Source of the DNA: Candidatus Poribacteria bacterium
GTDB lineage: Bacteria; Poribacteria; WGA-4E; PCPOR2b
DNA length: 64,000 nt
Reading direction: 5' to 3'
NCBI GenBank assembly: GCA_965198175.1
Contig: OZ240245.1
Span: 1,152,001 to 1,216,000, forward strand
This document shows positions 30,887 through 41,950 of the stretch, one piece after another; position 1 is the first letter of the stretch; each line of letters opens with the position of its first letter. The position numbers and the translations under genes are program-made. The notes beneath the pieces were generated by a model that was given only the letters and a program-made list of their open reading frames with translations, had not been told where the DNA came from and ran no database searches.

Positions 30887-30929
30887 GAAACCGCGAGCAC
30901 CCCAATTTCGCACTTAATATACATTACAA

Positions 30930-31679
30930 ATGGGAAAAATGACGTTAAATTTGCTCATATGGCGACAGAAAGATGCGGTCAGTCCGGGTAAGATGGTAGC
31001 TTACACAATCAGTGATGCTTCACCCGATATGTCTTTTCTTGAAATGCTTGATGTGCTGAATGAAGATCTCATGAAAAAGGGCGAGGATGCAATTGAATTT
31101 GACAACGACTGCCGCGAGGGAATTTGCGGTATGTGCGGCTTCGTGATTAATGGGGTAGCTCATGGCCCGAGACGTGCAACTGCCGCCTGCCAAGTTCACA
31201 TGCGTGAATTCAAAGATGGCGATACCATTACTGTCGAACCGTGGCGTGCGAAGGCATTTCCGGTAATAAAAGATTTGGTTGTGGATCGCAGCGCGTTCGA
31301 TCGAATCATGGTGGCTGGGGGCTATATCTCTGTAAACGTTGGCGAGGCGCCCGACGCAAACACACTGCCGATACCTAAAGATAATGCAGATCAGGCAATG
31401 GATGCAGCTGCGTGTATTGGTTGCGGGGCTTGCGTCGCAGCGTGTCCGAATGCCTCAGCTTCATTGTTCGTTGGGGCGAAGATTGCACAATTCGCATTGT
31501 TATCGCAGGGGCAACCTGAGAGAAAGCGGCGGGCGCTAAATATGGTCGAGCAGATGGACAAAGAGGGCTTCGGTGACTGCTCGAACCATGGCGAATGCGA
31601 GGCGGTATGCCCTAAGGAGATTCCCATTTCTAACATTGCTTTAATGAGAAGAGAATACCTCAGAGCCATCTTCAGCTAG
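30930..31679 (+). CDS. sdhB: Second SDH/FRD iron-sulfur subunit (type B, Bacteroidota/Corynebacterium-like)
   Basis: [49 protein letters not shown] (3Fe-4S). Confidence 0.92.
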   Translation: MGKMTLNLLIWRQKDAVSPGKMVAYTISDASPDMSFLEMLDVLNEDLMKKGEDAIEFDNDCREGICGMCGFVINGVAHGPRRATAACQVHMREFKDGDTITVEPWRAKAFPVIKDLVVDRSAFDRIMVAGGYISVNVGEAPDANTLPIPKDNADQAMDAAACIGCGACVAACPNASASLFVGAKIAQFALLSQGQPERKRRALNMVEQMDKEGFGDCSNHGECEAVCPKEIPISNIALMRREYLRAIFS

Positions 31680-31808
31680 TGTTTTACCCTATTAAGTGAA
31701 TCGAGCTTGGACATCTCCAAACCCTCGCTAAGTTTAAGAACCAGTGCGCTAGAGAGAATGGACCATGCACAAAATGATGACAATTCACAATTGATACAGG
31801 AGGCGTTA

Positions 31809-32684
31809 ATGAGAGTTGCCTACTTTCCCGGCTGCGTTGCCAAGGGGAATTGTACTGAACTGAACCAGTCCACCCAAAAGATTGCGCCGCTGCTTGGCAT
31901 TGAGATGGTAGAACTTACCGGCGCCCCTTGTACCGGTGCGGGTGTTCTACAAGCACAGAATCCGGTGCTCGCCGATACCTACAATGCCAAAACCCTTGCG
32001 CTCGCAGAGGAGTTAGAGTTACCGCTAATGACGGTGTGTTCGACTTGCATCGGCTGTCTGCGTAAAAGCAATAAGAAACTGACGGAAGATGAAGGCTACC
32101 GTGCAGAAGTCAACGAAGTGCTCAAGGCGGGTGGACACGAATATCACGGAAGTGTGGATGTTACTCACCTTCTCTACGTCCTCATCAAGGAGGTAGGTCC
32201 AGACAATCTGCGAAGCATGGTTAAACAGCCGCTGACGGGTTTGCGAGTCGCACCATTTTACGGCTGTTACATCCTGCGCCCTGCGGATGTCATGGGGATT
32301 GACAACCCTGACAATCCGACCTCACTGGAACGGGTGATTGAAGCGGTGGGCGCGACACCAGTGGATTACTACGGAAAAACTCGATGCTGCGGGTTTCCCA
32401 TAAACCTGGAGAACGAGGAAGCTGCGTTCAAAATGGCGGGGAAGCACATTGGTGAGGCGAAGGACAAAGGTGCAGACTGTATGGTGACGCCTTGCCCGCT
32501 CTGCCACATGAACCTAGACCTCCAGCAACCTTCCGTTAGTAAGGTGGTCGGACGCCAACTCGACCTGCCTGTTTTGCACCTTCCGCAGATGATTGGTTTG
32601 GCGCTTGGTTTGGCGCCAAAGGAGTTGGGCGTCAGCAAACATATGATCTCGACGAAAGATGTCCTTGGGAAATTAGGTGTCTAA
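31809..32684 (+). CDS. HdrB-like CCG-domain protein (cysteine-rich anchor subunit of type E SDH)
   Basis: AYFPGC, TVCSTC, APFYGC, RCCG, VTPCPLCHMNLD. ATG 31809 has an AGGAGG RBS. Confidence 0.88.
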   Translation: MRVAYFPGCVAKGNCTELNQSTQKIAPLLGIEMVELTGAPCTGAGVLQAQNPVLADTYNAKTLALAEELELPLMTVCSTCIGCLRKSNKKLTEDEGYRAEVNEVLKAGGHEYHGSVDVTHLLYVLIKEVGPDNLRSMVKQPLTGLRVAPFYGCYILRPADVMGIDNPDNPTSLERVIEAVGATPVDYYGKTRCCGFPINLENEEAAFKMAGKHIGEAKDKGADCMVTPCPLCHMNLDLQQPSVSKVVGRQLDLPVLHLPQMIGLALGLAPKELGVSKHMISTKDVLGKLGV

Positions 32685-32837
32685 GCGGAACATAGTTTAG
32701 TAATAATGGATACTCCAGCGGTCAAGGTGGGCGCAATCACAACGGACGATTGAGAGTCAGCAAGCTAAACTCACGCTTTCAAAAAGTGGGAAAAACGAAG
32801 CCAACCTTTCTCCAATAAGATAGGAGCCATTTTTATC

Positions 32838-33971
32838 ATGGCGAGTAAGAACAGCATCGTCAGAGTCGGTGTGATTGGTCCCGGTGGAGCGGGGCGCGGA
32901 AACACATTAGCGTTTGCCACACGGGACGATGTTGAGATTGCCGCGGTGGCTGACAACAATGAACGAAGTATAGATGCGCTGGAAAACGCTCTCCGCGAAC
33001 AGGTTGAAAACTACAAGGAAGACAGTTTCAAGCGTTACGTTGGCGAATATGAATTCATCGAGATGCTGAACAAAGAGGATCTCGACATCGTCGGCGTTTT
33101 CTCTCCACACTCATTGCATGATATCCATTCCAAATATGCTTTACGCGCCGGGTGCCACGTGCTCGTGGAAAAGCCGATGGCGAACATTGTTGGAGATGCG
33201 ATTACACTCACCAAAATCGCAATGGGAATGGATTTGCATTTGGTCGTCGGGTATCAGCGGCATTATGAAGAAATCTATATCGCTGGCAGAAAGGCAATTT
33301 CGGAGGGCTTAATCGGCGGTCTGTCAAAATTTGATGTTTACCTAGCACAACGTTGGCCCGGCAGCGGTTGGCGAGGGGATGCACGTTTCTCCGGTGGAGG
33401 GCAGCCGAATGACTCCGGGAGCCATATGCAGGATATTTTCCTCTGGATGACAGGCTTGTTGCCGAAGCAAGTATACGGCACAACTGACACAAAATTTGAG
33501 GACGAACAGGGAAATGTCACGATGAAAGCTGTCGAAGTTGATGCCCACTCGGAAGTCACAATGGATGATGGATCGAGCGGTACAATTACAATCCTTGGCA
33601 ACACGCATATTGCCTTCAAGGAATGGCTTATCCTTGAAGGCAGCGAGGGAATTCTTGAGATTAAAGACGGCATCCGTTTTATTCCAAAGGACGGCGAGCC
33701 ACAGCCATTAGCAAATCAACGTCCGGAGGGATATCCGCTTTGCAAGGTTGATCAGATTGTTGGCTTGGTGAAGGGGCAATACAATATAAACTACACCTCT
33801 GGGATTAATGGGATTCGCACTAGTTGGCTCACCAATTCGATTTTGGAGACCGGTAAAGGGCCAAATGAACGGAATATGGTAGATTGCGATGCCCTGATTG
33901 AAAGGGAAGGTTACAACCGTCAATTCCTGTTAGATCTGATTGATGCGTGTGCTCTGAGGAAAATGTACTAA
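32838..33971 (+). CDS. Gfo/Idh/MocA family oxidoreductase
   Basis: VGVIGPGGAG, HVLVEKPM, GGGQPNDSGSH. Confidence 0.9.
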   Translation: MASKNSIVRVGVIGPGGAGRGNTLAFATRDDVEIAAVADNNERSIDALENALREQVENYKEDSFKRYVGEYEFIEMLNKEDLDIVGVFSPHSLHDIHSKYALRAGCHVLVEKPMANIVGDAITLTKIAMGMDLHLVVGYQRHYEEIYIAGRKAISEGLIGGLSKFDVYLAQRWPGSGWRGDARFSGGGQPNDSGSHMQDIFLWMTGLLPKQVYGTTDTKFEDEQGNVTMKAVEVDAHSEVTMDDGSSGTITILGNTHIAFKEWLILEGSEGILEIKDGIRFIPKDGEPQPLANQRPEGYPLCKVDQIVGLVKGQYNINYTSGINGIRTSWLTNSILETGKGPNERNMVDCDALIEREGYNRQFLLDLIDACALRKMY

Positions 33972-34080
33972 GTACCTGGACAGCATTAAGTTCATAACTG
34001 CCAGTCGGTCGAGATTCTGAAAACTAATAAGCCAACCCCAAATCTTTGATCGAGGGTTTACAAGATGAGGAGGACGAACA

Positions 34081-36030
34081 ATGAAATACTGCAGATTCTG
34101 CACTTTCTTTTTAGTAATTGTGATGATACTCGCCCACTATGGCTGTATATCCGGTAAGGGAACCGGAGAAGTTGAAATACTCATTGAGGAGAAAGATTAT
34201 CACGGCGCCATTGAAGTAGCTGAAGCGATAGTCGCGTCAAAACCGGGTACACCAATTGCTCGCCAAGCTCAATTAGCCATAGGCAAACTTTATATTGAAA
34301 CAATGAACCAGCCTGAAAAAGGTGTGGAGGTTTATCAAGAAATCATCTCTGCAGCGCCTGACAGCGATGAGGCTGCATCAGCGAATTATCGTTTGGGAGT
34401 CCACTATTTGAAATCAAAGGAGTTTGAATCCGCGCGGGGATTGTTCGACACGATCATAAACAAATTTCCGGAGCATGAGTTGAGTAGTAACGCTCAGCTC
34501 CTACTGGCAAAGAGTTATGAGGAAGCCCAAAACTATGAACAAGCCGCAGAAATCTATGGCAACTTCGCAAACCGATACCCTAAGAGTGACCGGGCAGCAC
34601 AAGCGCTCGTCAGGAAAGGACAGATCCAAAAGGAACAGCTTAAAGATAAGTCAGAAGCCAAACGAACCTATCAATCCCTCGTCAAAAAGTATGGCAAGGT
34701 CGAAGGTACTGAAACGTCCATCAGCGAAGCCAAACGAGAATTACAATTGATGGGAGCGACTATCCCGAAACCTGAGGATCCATTGGCATCGCAGGCCGGA
34801 CGGAGTCTTGCCAGACGGGAGAAACGGCGTGCACTCGACCGTCCACAGGACGTTGAACGCAGTCGGGCGATGGGAGCTGCACCAGAGGCAGACTCTGGAT
34901 TTGGCGTGAGTGGTGAACAGATAATGAGAACTTTTCAATTTACAATGGACGGGCAAGGCACGTACTATGATGCGATGCTAATGGTTGGCAACATGCTCTT
35001 TCAGGAGGAGGGTTATCGGGATGCCGGGGCATTGTATTTCCGTGCAATCCAACTTGCGAAACAGGCTGAAGCGGAGATTAGTCCATATAGTTATCTCAGC
35101 CTATCAATCTGCTATCGCAAACTCGGAATGCATCAGCGTGCTCAGGAGGTACTAAATAAGGCTGTAAGGAGCAATCGAGAAGTTCTTGAAGCCATTATAA
35201 AGACGGGCGAGAATCAGTATGCCAATGATGACTACGAAAAAGCGATTGAGACATACCAGTTTGTTGTTGGCTTCAATCCGTTCCGTGATTCAGAGATTTA
35301 CTGGAGGATCGGGCTGGCTTATAAAAAAATGGGCGATCCACATCAAGCGATGGAGTCTTTTGAACGGGCTGTTGCTGCGAAAACGGATTCTACCGATGCG
35401 CTTCAGAGCCTTGCCGAAGTACTTTACTATCAGTTAAACAAGAGAAGGCGGGCGGAAATTTTCCAGGATCTTGTTGATGCAAAAGGCAATACTTATCACG
35501 GTGAAAAGGAGCTTGGGGATGTCTGCTATAAATATGGCAACTACACGCGGGCGAAGACCAAATATGAAGCCGCAGCGCGAATTGCCGAACGGCAAAAACA
35601 AAATACAACGAGTCAAGCGGAACAACATAAACTCGATGGCTATATTATAGATGCCAAAGTACATGCAGCAATGGCAGCTCACAAGGATGGTATGGCAGAT
35701 AGAGCGAAGGAAGGAATTGATGCGCTCGCATCCGAATATCCTGAACACGCTTTAATTGCTTATGGGCGAGGACAACTTGCCTTGCTCGAAGGTGACGCTG
35801 ACGTTGCAGTGGCAGCATTCAAGGAATCAATTGAAAAAGATCCGCATTCCGACGTGGCGTCCATTGCTTTAGGGGAATACTACGTCTCACAAGGTTATGC
35901 GGATGAAGCATTGGCGCTATGGGAAGAATTTCTCGAACACCACCGATACAATCAGGAAGTCCGTCGCCGTTTGAACGAGTTGAAAACGAAGATTAAAAGC
36001 ACAGAAACCTCAAATCAAAAGTCGGAATAA
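34081..36030 (+). CDS. TPR-repeat lipoprotein
   Basis: Lipobox-like HYGC after a hydrophobic leader; many TPR/BamD-like repeats. Confidence 0.85.
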   Translation: MKYCRFCTFFLVIVMILAHYGCISGKGTGEVEILIEEKDYHGAIEVAEAIVASKPGTPIARQAQLAIGKLYIETMNQPEKGVEVYQEIISAAPDSDEAASANYRLGVHYLKSKEFESARGLFDTIINKFPEHELSSNAQLLLAKSYEEAQNYEQAAEIYGNFANRYPKSDRAAQALVRKGQIQKEQLKDKSEAKRTYQSLVKKYGKVEGTETSISEAKRELQLMGATIPKPEDPLASQAGRSLARREKRRALDRPQDVERSRAMGAAPEADSGFGVSGEQIMRTFQFTMDGQGTYYDAMLMVGNMLFQEEGYRDAGALYFRAIQLAKQAEAEISPYSYLSLSICYRKLGMHQRAQEVLNKAVRSNREVLEAIIKTGENQYANDDYEKAIETYQFVVGFNPFRDSEIYWRIGLAYKKMGDPHQAMESFERAVAAKTDSTDALQSLAEVLYYQLNKRRRAEIFQDLVDAKGNTYHGEKELGDVCYKYGNYTRAKTKYEAAARIAERQKQNTTSQAEQHKLDGYIIDAKVHAAMAAHKDGMADRAKEGIDALASEYPEHALIAYGRGQLALLEGDADVAVAAFKESIEKDPHSDVASIALGEYYVSQGYADEALALWEEFLEHHRYNQEVRRRLNELKTKIKSTETSNQKSE

Positions 36031-36260
36031 TTGTTTGACTTTGCATTTTTTTCTCACTTCACATGTTCGGAAAGTTCATGGGTTGAGGAGCGGCAGGGTT
36101 GTTTGATTTAGCCTATTTTTTCCCTAACCCTTTTTTATGGAGTGTTACAAGAAACTGAAAAAAGGATCCATCCGCAAAATGGACTGCTTCCCAATTGGAG
36201 GGATGAGCTAGCCAATTCAATGAAGTCAATAAACTCTAATCGCAAGGAACAACCGACGGA

Positions 36261-37061
36261 ATGAATGATCCAACGATGCTTTTAAAGACAGCCGAAGAAA
36301 TTGCCCGCGAAGCGGGGGGCGTCTTGATGGGTTACTTCGGCAAGGTTCGCCAGATTACGTACAAAGGCATTGGAGATATCGTTACCGAAGCGGATAAGGC
36401 TTCGGAGAAGTTGATTGCGGAACGACTCCAATCTGAATTTCCGGATCACGCCGTGTTTGGAGAGGAATTTGGTATGTCGGCGGTAAAATCCGACAACTGC
36501 TGGGTTACAGATCCTCTGGACGGAACTACCAACTATGCTGCAAGTTTCCCAATCTTTGCTATAGCGATAGCGCTCTTGCATAAAGGCATTCCGATGCTCG
36601 GAGTTGTGTTCGACCCGAATACTAATCGCATGTTTAGTGCAGCGAAAGATTGCGGCGCAACGTTGAATGGTGTTCCTCTTCACGTCAATAACCGCGAAAA
36701 ATTTGACGCGATTGGTGTGTTTGGGTTTTCGGCAGAGGTCATCACATCACTTAATCGCTTTGTTCAAAAGCCGGTTAAAGGTCGAAGCCTTGGATCCGCA
36801 GCACTCCATATCTGTTCAGTTGCGGCGGGCTACTTCGATGGCAGCTTCGATTCCAACACGAGGCTCTGGGACATCGCCGCACCAGCCGTCATTTTGGAAG
36901 AGGCGGGCGGTGTTATGACCCATCCTTCGGGCGAATCGTGTTTCCCATTGCCACCCGATGCGCCTGCCTATCGGGGCGAACGAATGCCTTTCCTCGCCAC
37001 AAATGGTAAAATACATGAGGAGTGTGTGGAAGCTCTGCGGTCAAACAATAGAACCGTTTAA
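36261..37061 (+). CDS. Inositol monophosphatase family protein (SuhB-like)
   Basis: DIVTEAD, GEE, WVTDPLDGTTNY, RSLGSAAL, WDIAA. Confidence 0.92.
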   Translation: MNDPTMLLKTAEEIAREAGGVLMGYFGKVRQITYKGIGDIVTEADKASEKLIAERLQSEFPDHAVFGEEFGMSAVKSDNCWVTDPLDGTTNYAASFPIFAIAIALLHKGIPMLGVVFDPNTNRMFSAAKDCGATLNGVPLHVNNREKFDAIGVFGFSAEVITSLNRFVQKPVKGRSLGSAALHICSVAAGYFDGSFDSNTRLWDIAAPAVILEEAGGVMTHPSGESCFPLPPDAPAYRGERMPFLATNGKIHEECVEALRSNNRTV

Positions 37062-37084
37062 CTTGAAGCGCACGGAAGAAAACA

Positions 37085-38134
37085 GTGTTAAGAATCGGTA
37101 TTATTGGGATCGGCTTTATGGGAACCATCCACTACTATGCGACCAGAAAAGTCTCCGGCGGTCAAGTTGTCGCAATCTGCACACGCGACCAGAAAAAGCG
37201 TGAAGGCGATTGGACCGGCATTCAGGGTAACTTTGGACCCCGCGGCGGTTTCGAAGACCTTTCGCACATACGCAAATATGATGAGATTGATGATCTCCTC
37301 GCCGATCCAGAGGTCGATATGATTGACATCTGCTTGCCAACGCACATGCATAAACTAATCAGTATCGCCGCGTTGAAAGCAGAAAAGCATGTGCTTGTCG
37401 AAAAGCCTATCTCAGTTAGGCTTGACGATGCAAATGAGATGGTTCAAGCTGCCGAGCAGAGCGAACGATGCTTCATGGTAGCACATATTCTGCCGTTTTT
37501 CGCAGAGTATACCTATGCGCAAGGGATTGTCGAAAGCGGAGAATACGGGAATCTGATTGGTGGGCATTTCAAACGTGTCATTTCTGAGCCAAACTGGTCT
37601 GATGATTTCGTCGATTTAGAAAAGAGTGGAGGTCCCGGAATCGATCTTCACATCCACGACACCCATTTTATTCAACTGCTTTGCGGGACACCTGATGCAG
37701 TGTTCTCACAGGGTAAGCTTGCTGGACGAGACTTTGCCCAATACCTCACAACCCAATATATCTACAATGACAAAGAGCTTTCGATAAGCTGCTCTTCGGG
37801 CGCCGTATCTCAGGAGGGACGTGCATTCTCACACGGCTTCGAGCTTTATCTGGAAAAAGCAACCTTGTTGTATGAGTTTGCTACACTTGGCGGCGATCCG
37901 GTTACCTCAACGCCGTTGATGCTGTTGACTGAGGATGGAAAGGTTCACAGGGTGGATCTCGGTGAAACAGACCCCGTGGATGCTTTTACCAAAGAGATAC
38001 AGGCTGCGGTTGACGCAATCAACCAAGGGCATGAGAACTCGGTACTTTCAAGGATTAGCGCCAGAGACGCCTTGCTGCTCTGCCATAAAGAGGCTGAATC
38101 AATTAAGACCGGAGAAATTGTGCCGATTGCTTAA
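37085..38134 (+). CDS. Gfo/Idh/MocA family oxidoreductase
   Basis: IGIIGIGFMG, DICLPTHMH, HVLVEKP, DLHIHD. Confidence 0.9.
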   Translation: MLRIGIIGIGFMGTIHYYATRKVSGGQVVAICTRDQKKREGDWTGIQGNFGPRGGFEDLSHIRKYDEIDDLLADPEVDMIDICLPTHMHKLISIAALKAEKHVLVEKPISVRLDDANEMVQAAEQSERCFMVAHILPFFAEYTYAQGIVESGEYGNLIGGHFKRVISEPNWSDDFVDLEKSGGPGIDLHIHDTHFIQLLCGTPDAVFSQGKLAGRDFAQYLTTQYIYNDKELSISCSSGAVSQEGRAFSHGFELYLEKATLLYEFATLGGDPVTSTPLMLLTEDGKVHRVDLGETDPVDAFTKEIQAAVDAINQGHENSVLSRISARDALLLCHKEAESIKTGEIVPIA

Positions 38135-38146
38135 CGAGAACGGGGA

Positions 38147-40318
38147 ATGCGAATGCGATTTCAGATAACTTGTAAAACAGTTTCTTTGCTTCTGTATCTG
38201 CTGTTCATTTTGCGCGGAGACATAATAGCTCAAATCCCTTCAGAGGCTTGGGCTTCCCAATGGGACTGGCCGGGTTGGCGAGGTCCCAACCAAAACGGTG
38301 TTTCTCACGAAACTGGACTAATCTCAAAATGGTCTCTGGACGGCGAAAACCTAATGTGGAAAGCGGACTTTATCGGCCGTTCCACACCGATTGTGCTCAA
38401 CGGTCGGGTATATGCTATAGGGCGAGTTGGAAAGGATATCACCGAGCAGGAGCAGGTCGCCTGCTTTGACGCTAAAACGGGAGAACTTCTTTGGGAACAT
38501 CGATTCAACGTTTTTCACAGCACTATCCCATTTAACCGACTCGGTTGGGCAAGTTTGGCTGGCGATACGTATACAGGTAATATTTATGCCCATACGATTA
38601 GTGGGATGTTTCTCTGTTTTACTGGAAACGGTGAAATTGTCTGGTCACGTTCCTTTACGGAAGAATTCGGACGAATTTCCGGCTATGGCGGACGCATTCA
38701 TACACCGATTGTGACTGGCGACCTTGTTATCATCAGCTTCCTTAACACAAGCTGGGGCAGTCATGTTGTGCCGAGGCATCGTTATTTCGCTTTCGATAAG
38801 AACACAGGCGATGTTGTGTGGGTAGCAGCACCGGGCGGTCGACCGCTGGATACCACCTACTCCACACCTGTTGTTGCAACGATCAACGGACAACTACTCT
38901 TGATAGGGGGCAACGCGGATGGAGCGGTCTATGCAATGAATGTTCATACAGGTGAGAAGGTTTGGGGTTTCAAACTCAGCAAACGCGGCATCAATAGCTC
39001 AGTTGTGGTGGATGGCGCAAAGGTTTACGCTTCCCATGGCGAAGAGAATATCGACAGCACGGCGATGGGGCGTGTCGTCTGCATTGATGGCACTGGCACA
39101 GGGGATGTTACAGAAACACACGAGCTCTGGCGATATGATGGGTGTCAGGTCGGTTATACTTCCCCGGCGATACACGAGGGGAGAGTTTACGTCGTGGATA
39201 ATTCGGCGAATCTGTACAGCCTTGACGCCGAAACAGGTGCTGTCCGTTGGCAGCACAGCCTTGGCACCGTTGGTAAAGGTTCACCTGTTTGGGCAGATGA
39301 AAAGATATATGTAACCGAAGTAAACGGACATTTTCATATTCTGCAACCGAGCGAAAATGCGTGCCAATCCCTCGACACAAAGCAGATTGAAAGGGAGCCG
39401 GGACATTATGCAGAAATATATGGATCTCCTGCGATTGCTGACGGTCAAATCTACTTCACTACCGAGGATGGACTTTACTGTCTGGGGTCAAAAGGTGTGA
39501 ATTCAATCAAAATCGTTCCTACGGAGATTTTAACCCAACCAGGAAAAACAGTTCAGTTCACGGTTCGCGCCTTCGACGAAAAAGGAAGATTTTATACCGA
39601 AAAGGCTGGTGAATGGTCGCTCAAGGGATTGTTAGGAACAATTGGTCCTAACGGCAAACTAACCCTCAATGACAGCGGCGGTGGCCAAGCCGGAACCGTG
39701 TCAGCGCGGATTGGGAAAGTGCAAGGTTCTGCTCGTGTCCGTGTTATTCCTGAAATGCCGTGGGTGGAAGATTTTGAGTCGGTTGAAGAAGGGAAAAATC
39801 CGCTGCACTGGGTCGGGGCAGGTAGCAAATTTATCGTCCGCTCTAAAGATGGAAACAAAGTTCTAGTCAAATCTCCCGTCAAGCGCGGGTTGAACCGATC
39901 CAATGTCTATATTGGGCTACCCACGATGAAAGACTACACCATTCAAATCGATGTGATGGGGACAAAGCCTAAACGAAACCTGCCGGATATGGGACTAATC
40001 GCCAACCGGTACACCTTGGATCTTATGGGCAACCACCAGCGGTTGCAAATCCGCTCATGGGCTTCAGATCTCAGAATGGCAAAGCATATCGATTTCAGAT
40101 GGGAACCATACGTCTGGTATACTATGAAGTTGAAGGTAGACATTGACGATGATAAAGCAATTGTAAAAGGAAGGGTTTGGCGAACCGGCGAAATGGAACC
40201 TGGAACCTGGACGATTACAACAGAAGATCCGCTGGCAAATCGTGAAGGGAGTCCAGGTATCTACGGCTATTCTCCCGCCGAGATTTATTACGATAACCTT
40301 AAAGTTTGGCGTGATTGA
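38147..40318 (+). CDS. Secreted PQQ-like beta-propeller protein with Ig-like and C-terminal beta-sandwich domains
   Basis: DWPGWRGPNQNG, and repeated S(T)P.V...(F/L)D..TG...W units. Confidence 0.85.
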   Translation: MRMRFQITCKTVSLLLYLLFILRGDIIAQIPSEAWASQWDWPGWRGPNQNGVSHETGLISKWSLDGENLMWKADFIGRSTPIVLNGRVYAIGRVGKDITEQEQVACFDAKTGELLWEHRFNVFHSTIPFNRLGWASLAGDTYTGNIYAHTISGMFLCFTGNGEIVWSRSFTEEFGRISGYGGRIHTPIVTGDLVIISFLNTSWGSHVVPRHRYFAFDKNTGDVVWVAAPGGRPLDTTYSTPVVATINGQLLLIGGNADGAVYAMNVHTGEKVWGFKLSKRGINSSVVVDGAKVYASHGEENIDSTAMGRVVCIDGTGTGDVTETHELWRYDGCQVGYTSPAIHEGRVYVVDNSANLYSLDAETGAVRWQHSLGTVGKGSPVWADEKIYVTEVNGHFHILQPSENACQSLDTKQIEREPGHYAEIYGSPAIADGQIYFTTEDGLYCLGSKGVNSIKIVPTEILTQPGKTVQFTVRAFDEKGRFYTEKAGEWSLKGLLGTIGPNGKLTLNDSGGGQAGTVSARIGKVQGSARVRVIPEMPWVEDFESVEEGKNPLHWVGAGSKFIVRSKDGNKVLVKSPVKRGLNRSNVYIGLPTMKDYTIQIDVMGTKPKRNLPDMGLIANRYTLDLMGNHQRLQIRSWASDLRMAKHIDFRWEPYVWYTMKLKVDIDDDKAIVKGRVWRTGEMEPGTWTITTEDPLANREGSPGIYGYSPAEIYYDNLKVWRD

Positions 40319-40474
40319 GGAATAATTTTCAAATTGATTAACCTGTCTATTGAAACGAACGCACTGATTGGGAAGTTGAGCGAAATTACATGAGCACAGT
40401 TCGATGATCTGTAGACCGATCTGGTGATTATCACGCCCGTTAACCATTTGCACATTAAGCGAGAGCGTACGAAG

Positions 40475-41932
40475 ATGAACATCAAGAGAATCTTAAGAAC
40501 AATGAACGTTAGCATTGTCCAAATTATCATTGGAATAAATTTTTTTGCTGTGTCGAATACCCGCGCCGAAGAAACAAACATGTGGGGGTTCACACCGTCT
40601 CGAAATCTGGTCTCCGACGAGAGAAATCTTCCGAAAAAGTGGGATCCCGAGACCGGGTTAAACATCAAATGGAGGGCGTCGCTAGGCTCACAAACCTATG
40701 CGGGACCTGTCCTCATTGGTGGTAAGGTATTTGTTGGAACGAACAACCAAGGCTTACGAAATCCAAAACTCACTGGCGACCGCGGCGTAATCATGGCGTT
40801 CCGCGAATCGGATGGCGAGTTCCTCTGGCAATCTACACATACGAAACTCCCTTCGGGCAGGGTCAATGATTGGCCCCAGCAGGGTGTCTGCTCAGCACCT
40901 TTCATTGAGGGCGATAGACTATACTACGTCTCAAATCGCTGTGAGGTGGTATGCATCGACACCGAAGGATTTCTGGATGGCGAAAATGATGGTCCCTTTA
41001 CAGAAGAAACCGATGCAAGCGACATCGATGCCGATACAATCTGGAAATACGACATGATGGCTGAACTGGACGTATTCCCTCATAATCTCGCCACTTGTTC
41101 CCCAGTTGGCGCTGGAGACATGCTTTTTGTAGTCACTAGCAATGGTGTTGATGAAGGACATATCCATATCCCTTCGCCGTTCGCACCTAGCTTTATCGCA
41201 CTAAATAAAAAGACGGGCGAACTCGTCTGGGAAGATGCCTCTCCCGGTGAAAACATTCTTCACGGTCAGTGGTCCAATCCCGCCTATGGTGTAGCAGCCG
41301 GAAAACTTCAGGTCATCTTTCCTGGTGGTGATGGCTGGATCTACTCGCTTGAGCCTGAGACAGGGAAGCTGATTTGGAAGTTTGACTGCAATCCGAAGGA
41401 TTCTGTTTGGGAGCTCGGCGGGAGAGGAACGCGAAACAGTATTATCTCGACCCCCGTCATTTACGGGGACCGGATTTACGTTGGTGTGGGTCAAGACCCC
41501 GAACACGGCGAGGGGGTTGGGCATCTATGGGCAATTGATGCCACAGGTGAAGGAGATGTCACCGAGAGTAACGCACTCTGGCATTTTGGGAATCAAGATT
41601 ATAACCGCACGATGTCCACAGTAGCGGTTGATGACGATTTGCTCTATACGGCGGATCTGAGCGGGTTTGTGTACTGCTTGGATGCCCACACCGGTGAACA
41701 CTACTGGACGTATGACACTTTTGCCGCGATTTGGGGGTCGCCGTTTGTGGCAGATGGAAGGGTCTATATCGGGGATGAGGACGGGGATGTTGCCGTCTTA
41801 AAGGCGGGCGAACAGAAGAAGTTGATTTTTGAGGTCAACATGGGCAGTGCGGTCTACACGACGCCGGTTGCCAAGGACGGTGTGCTGTATATTGCAAGCC
41901 GCAACGTACTTTTTGCAATAGCAGAAGAGTAA
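40475..41932 (+). CDS. Secreted PQQ-like beta-propeller protein
   Basis: MWGFTPSRN, LGSQTYAGP, WGSPFVADGRVYIGDEDG. Start is uncertain (40475 or 40502). Confidence 0.85.
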   Translation: MNIKRILRTMNVSIVQIIIGINFFAVSNTRAEETNMWGFTPSRNLVSDERNLPKKWDPETGLNIKWRASLGSQTYAGPVLIGGKVFVGTNNQGLRNPKLTGDRGVIMAFRESDGEFLWQSTHTKLPSGRVNDWPQQGVCSAPFIEGDRLYYVSNRCEVVCIDTEGFLDGENDGPFTEETDASDIDADTIWKYDMMAELDVFPHNLATCSPVGAGDMLFVVTSNGVDEGHIHIPSPFAPSFIALNKKTGELVWEDASPGENILHGQWSNPAYGVAAGKLQVIFPGGDGWIYSLEPETGKLIWKFDCNPKDSVWELGGRGTRNSIISTPVIYGDRIYVGVGQDPEHGEGVGHLWAIDATGEGDVTESNALWHFGNQDYNRTMSTVAVDDDLLYTADLSGFVYCLDAHTGEHYWTYDTFAAIWGSPFVADGRVYIGDEDGDVAVLKAGEQKKLIFEVNMGSAVYTTPVAKDGVLYIASRNVLFAIAEE

Positions 41933-41950
41933 AGGATTGGATGTGATAAA

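Noticed and set aside
30887..30929. Remnant of a second sdhA between sdhC and sdhB2
   Set aside because: The 43-bp gap has no recognisable SdhA N- or C-terminal sequence.
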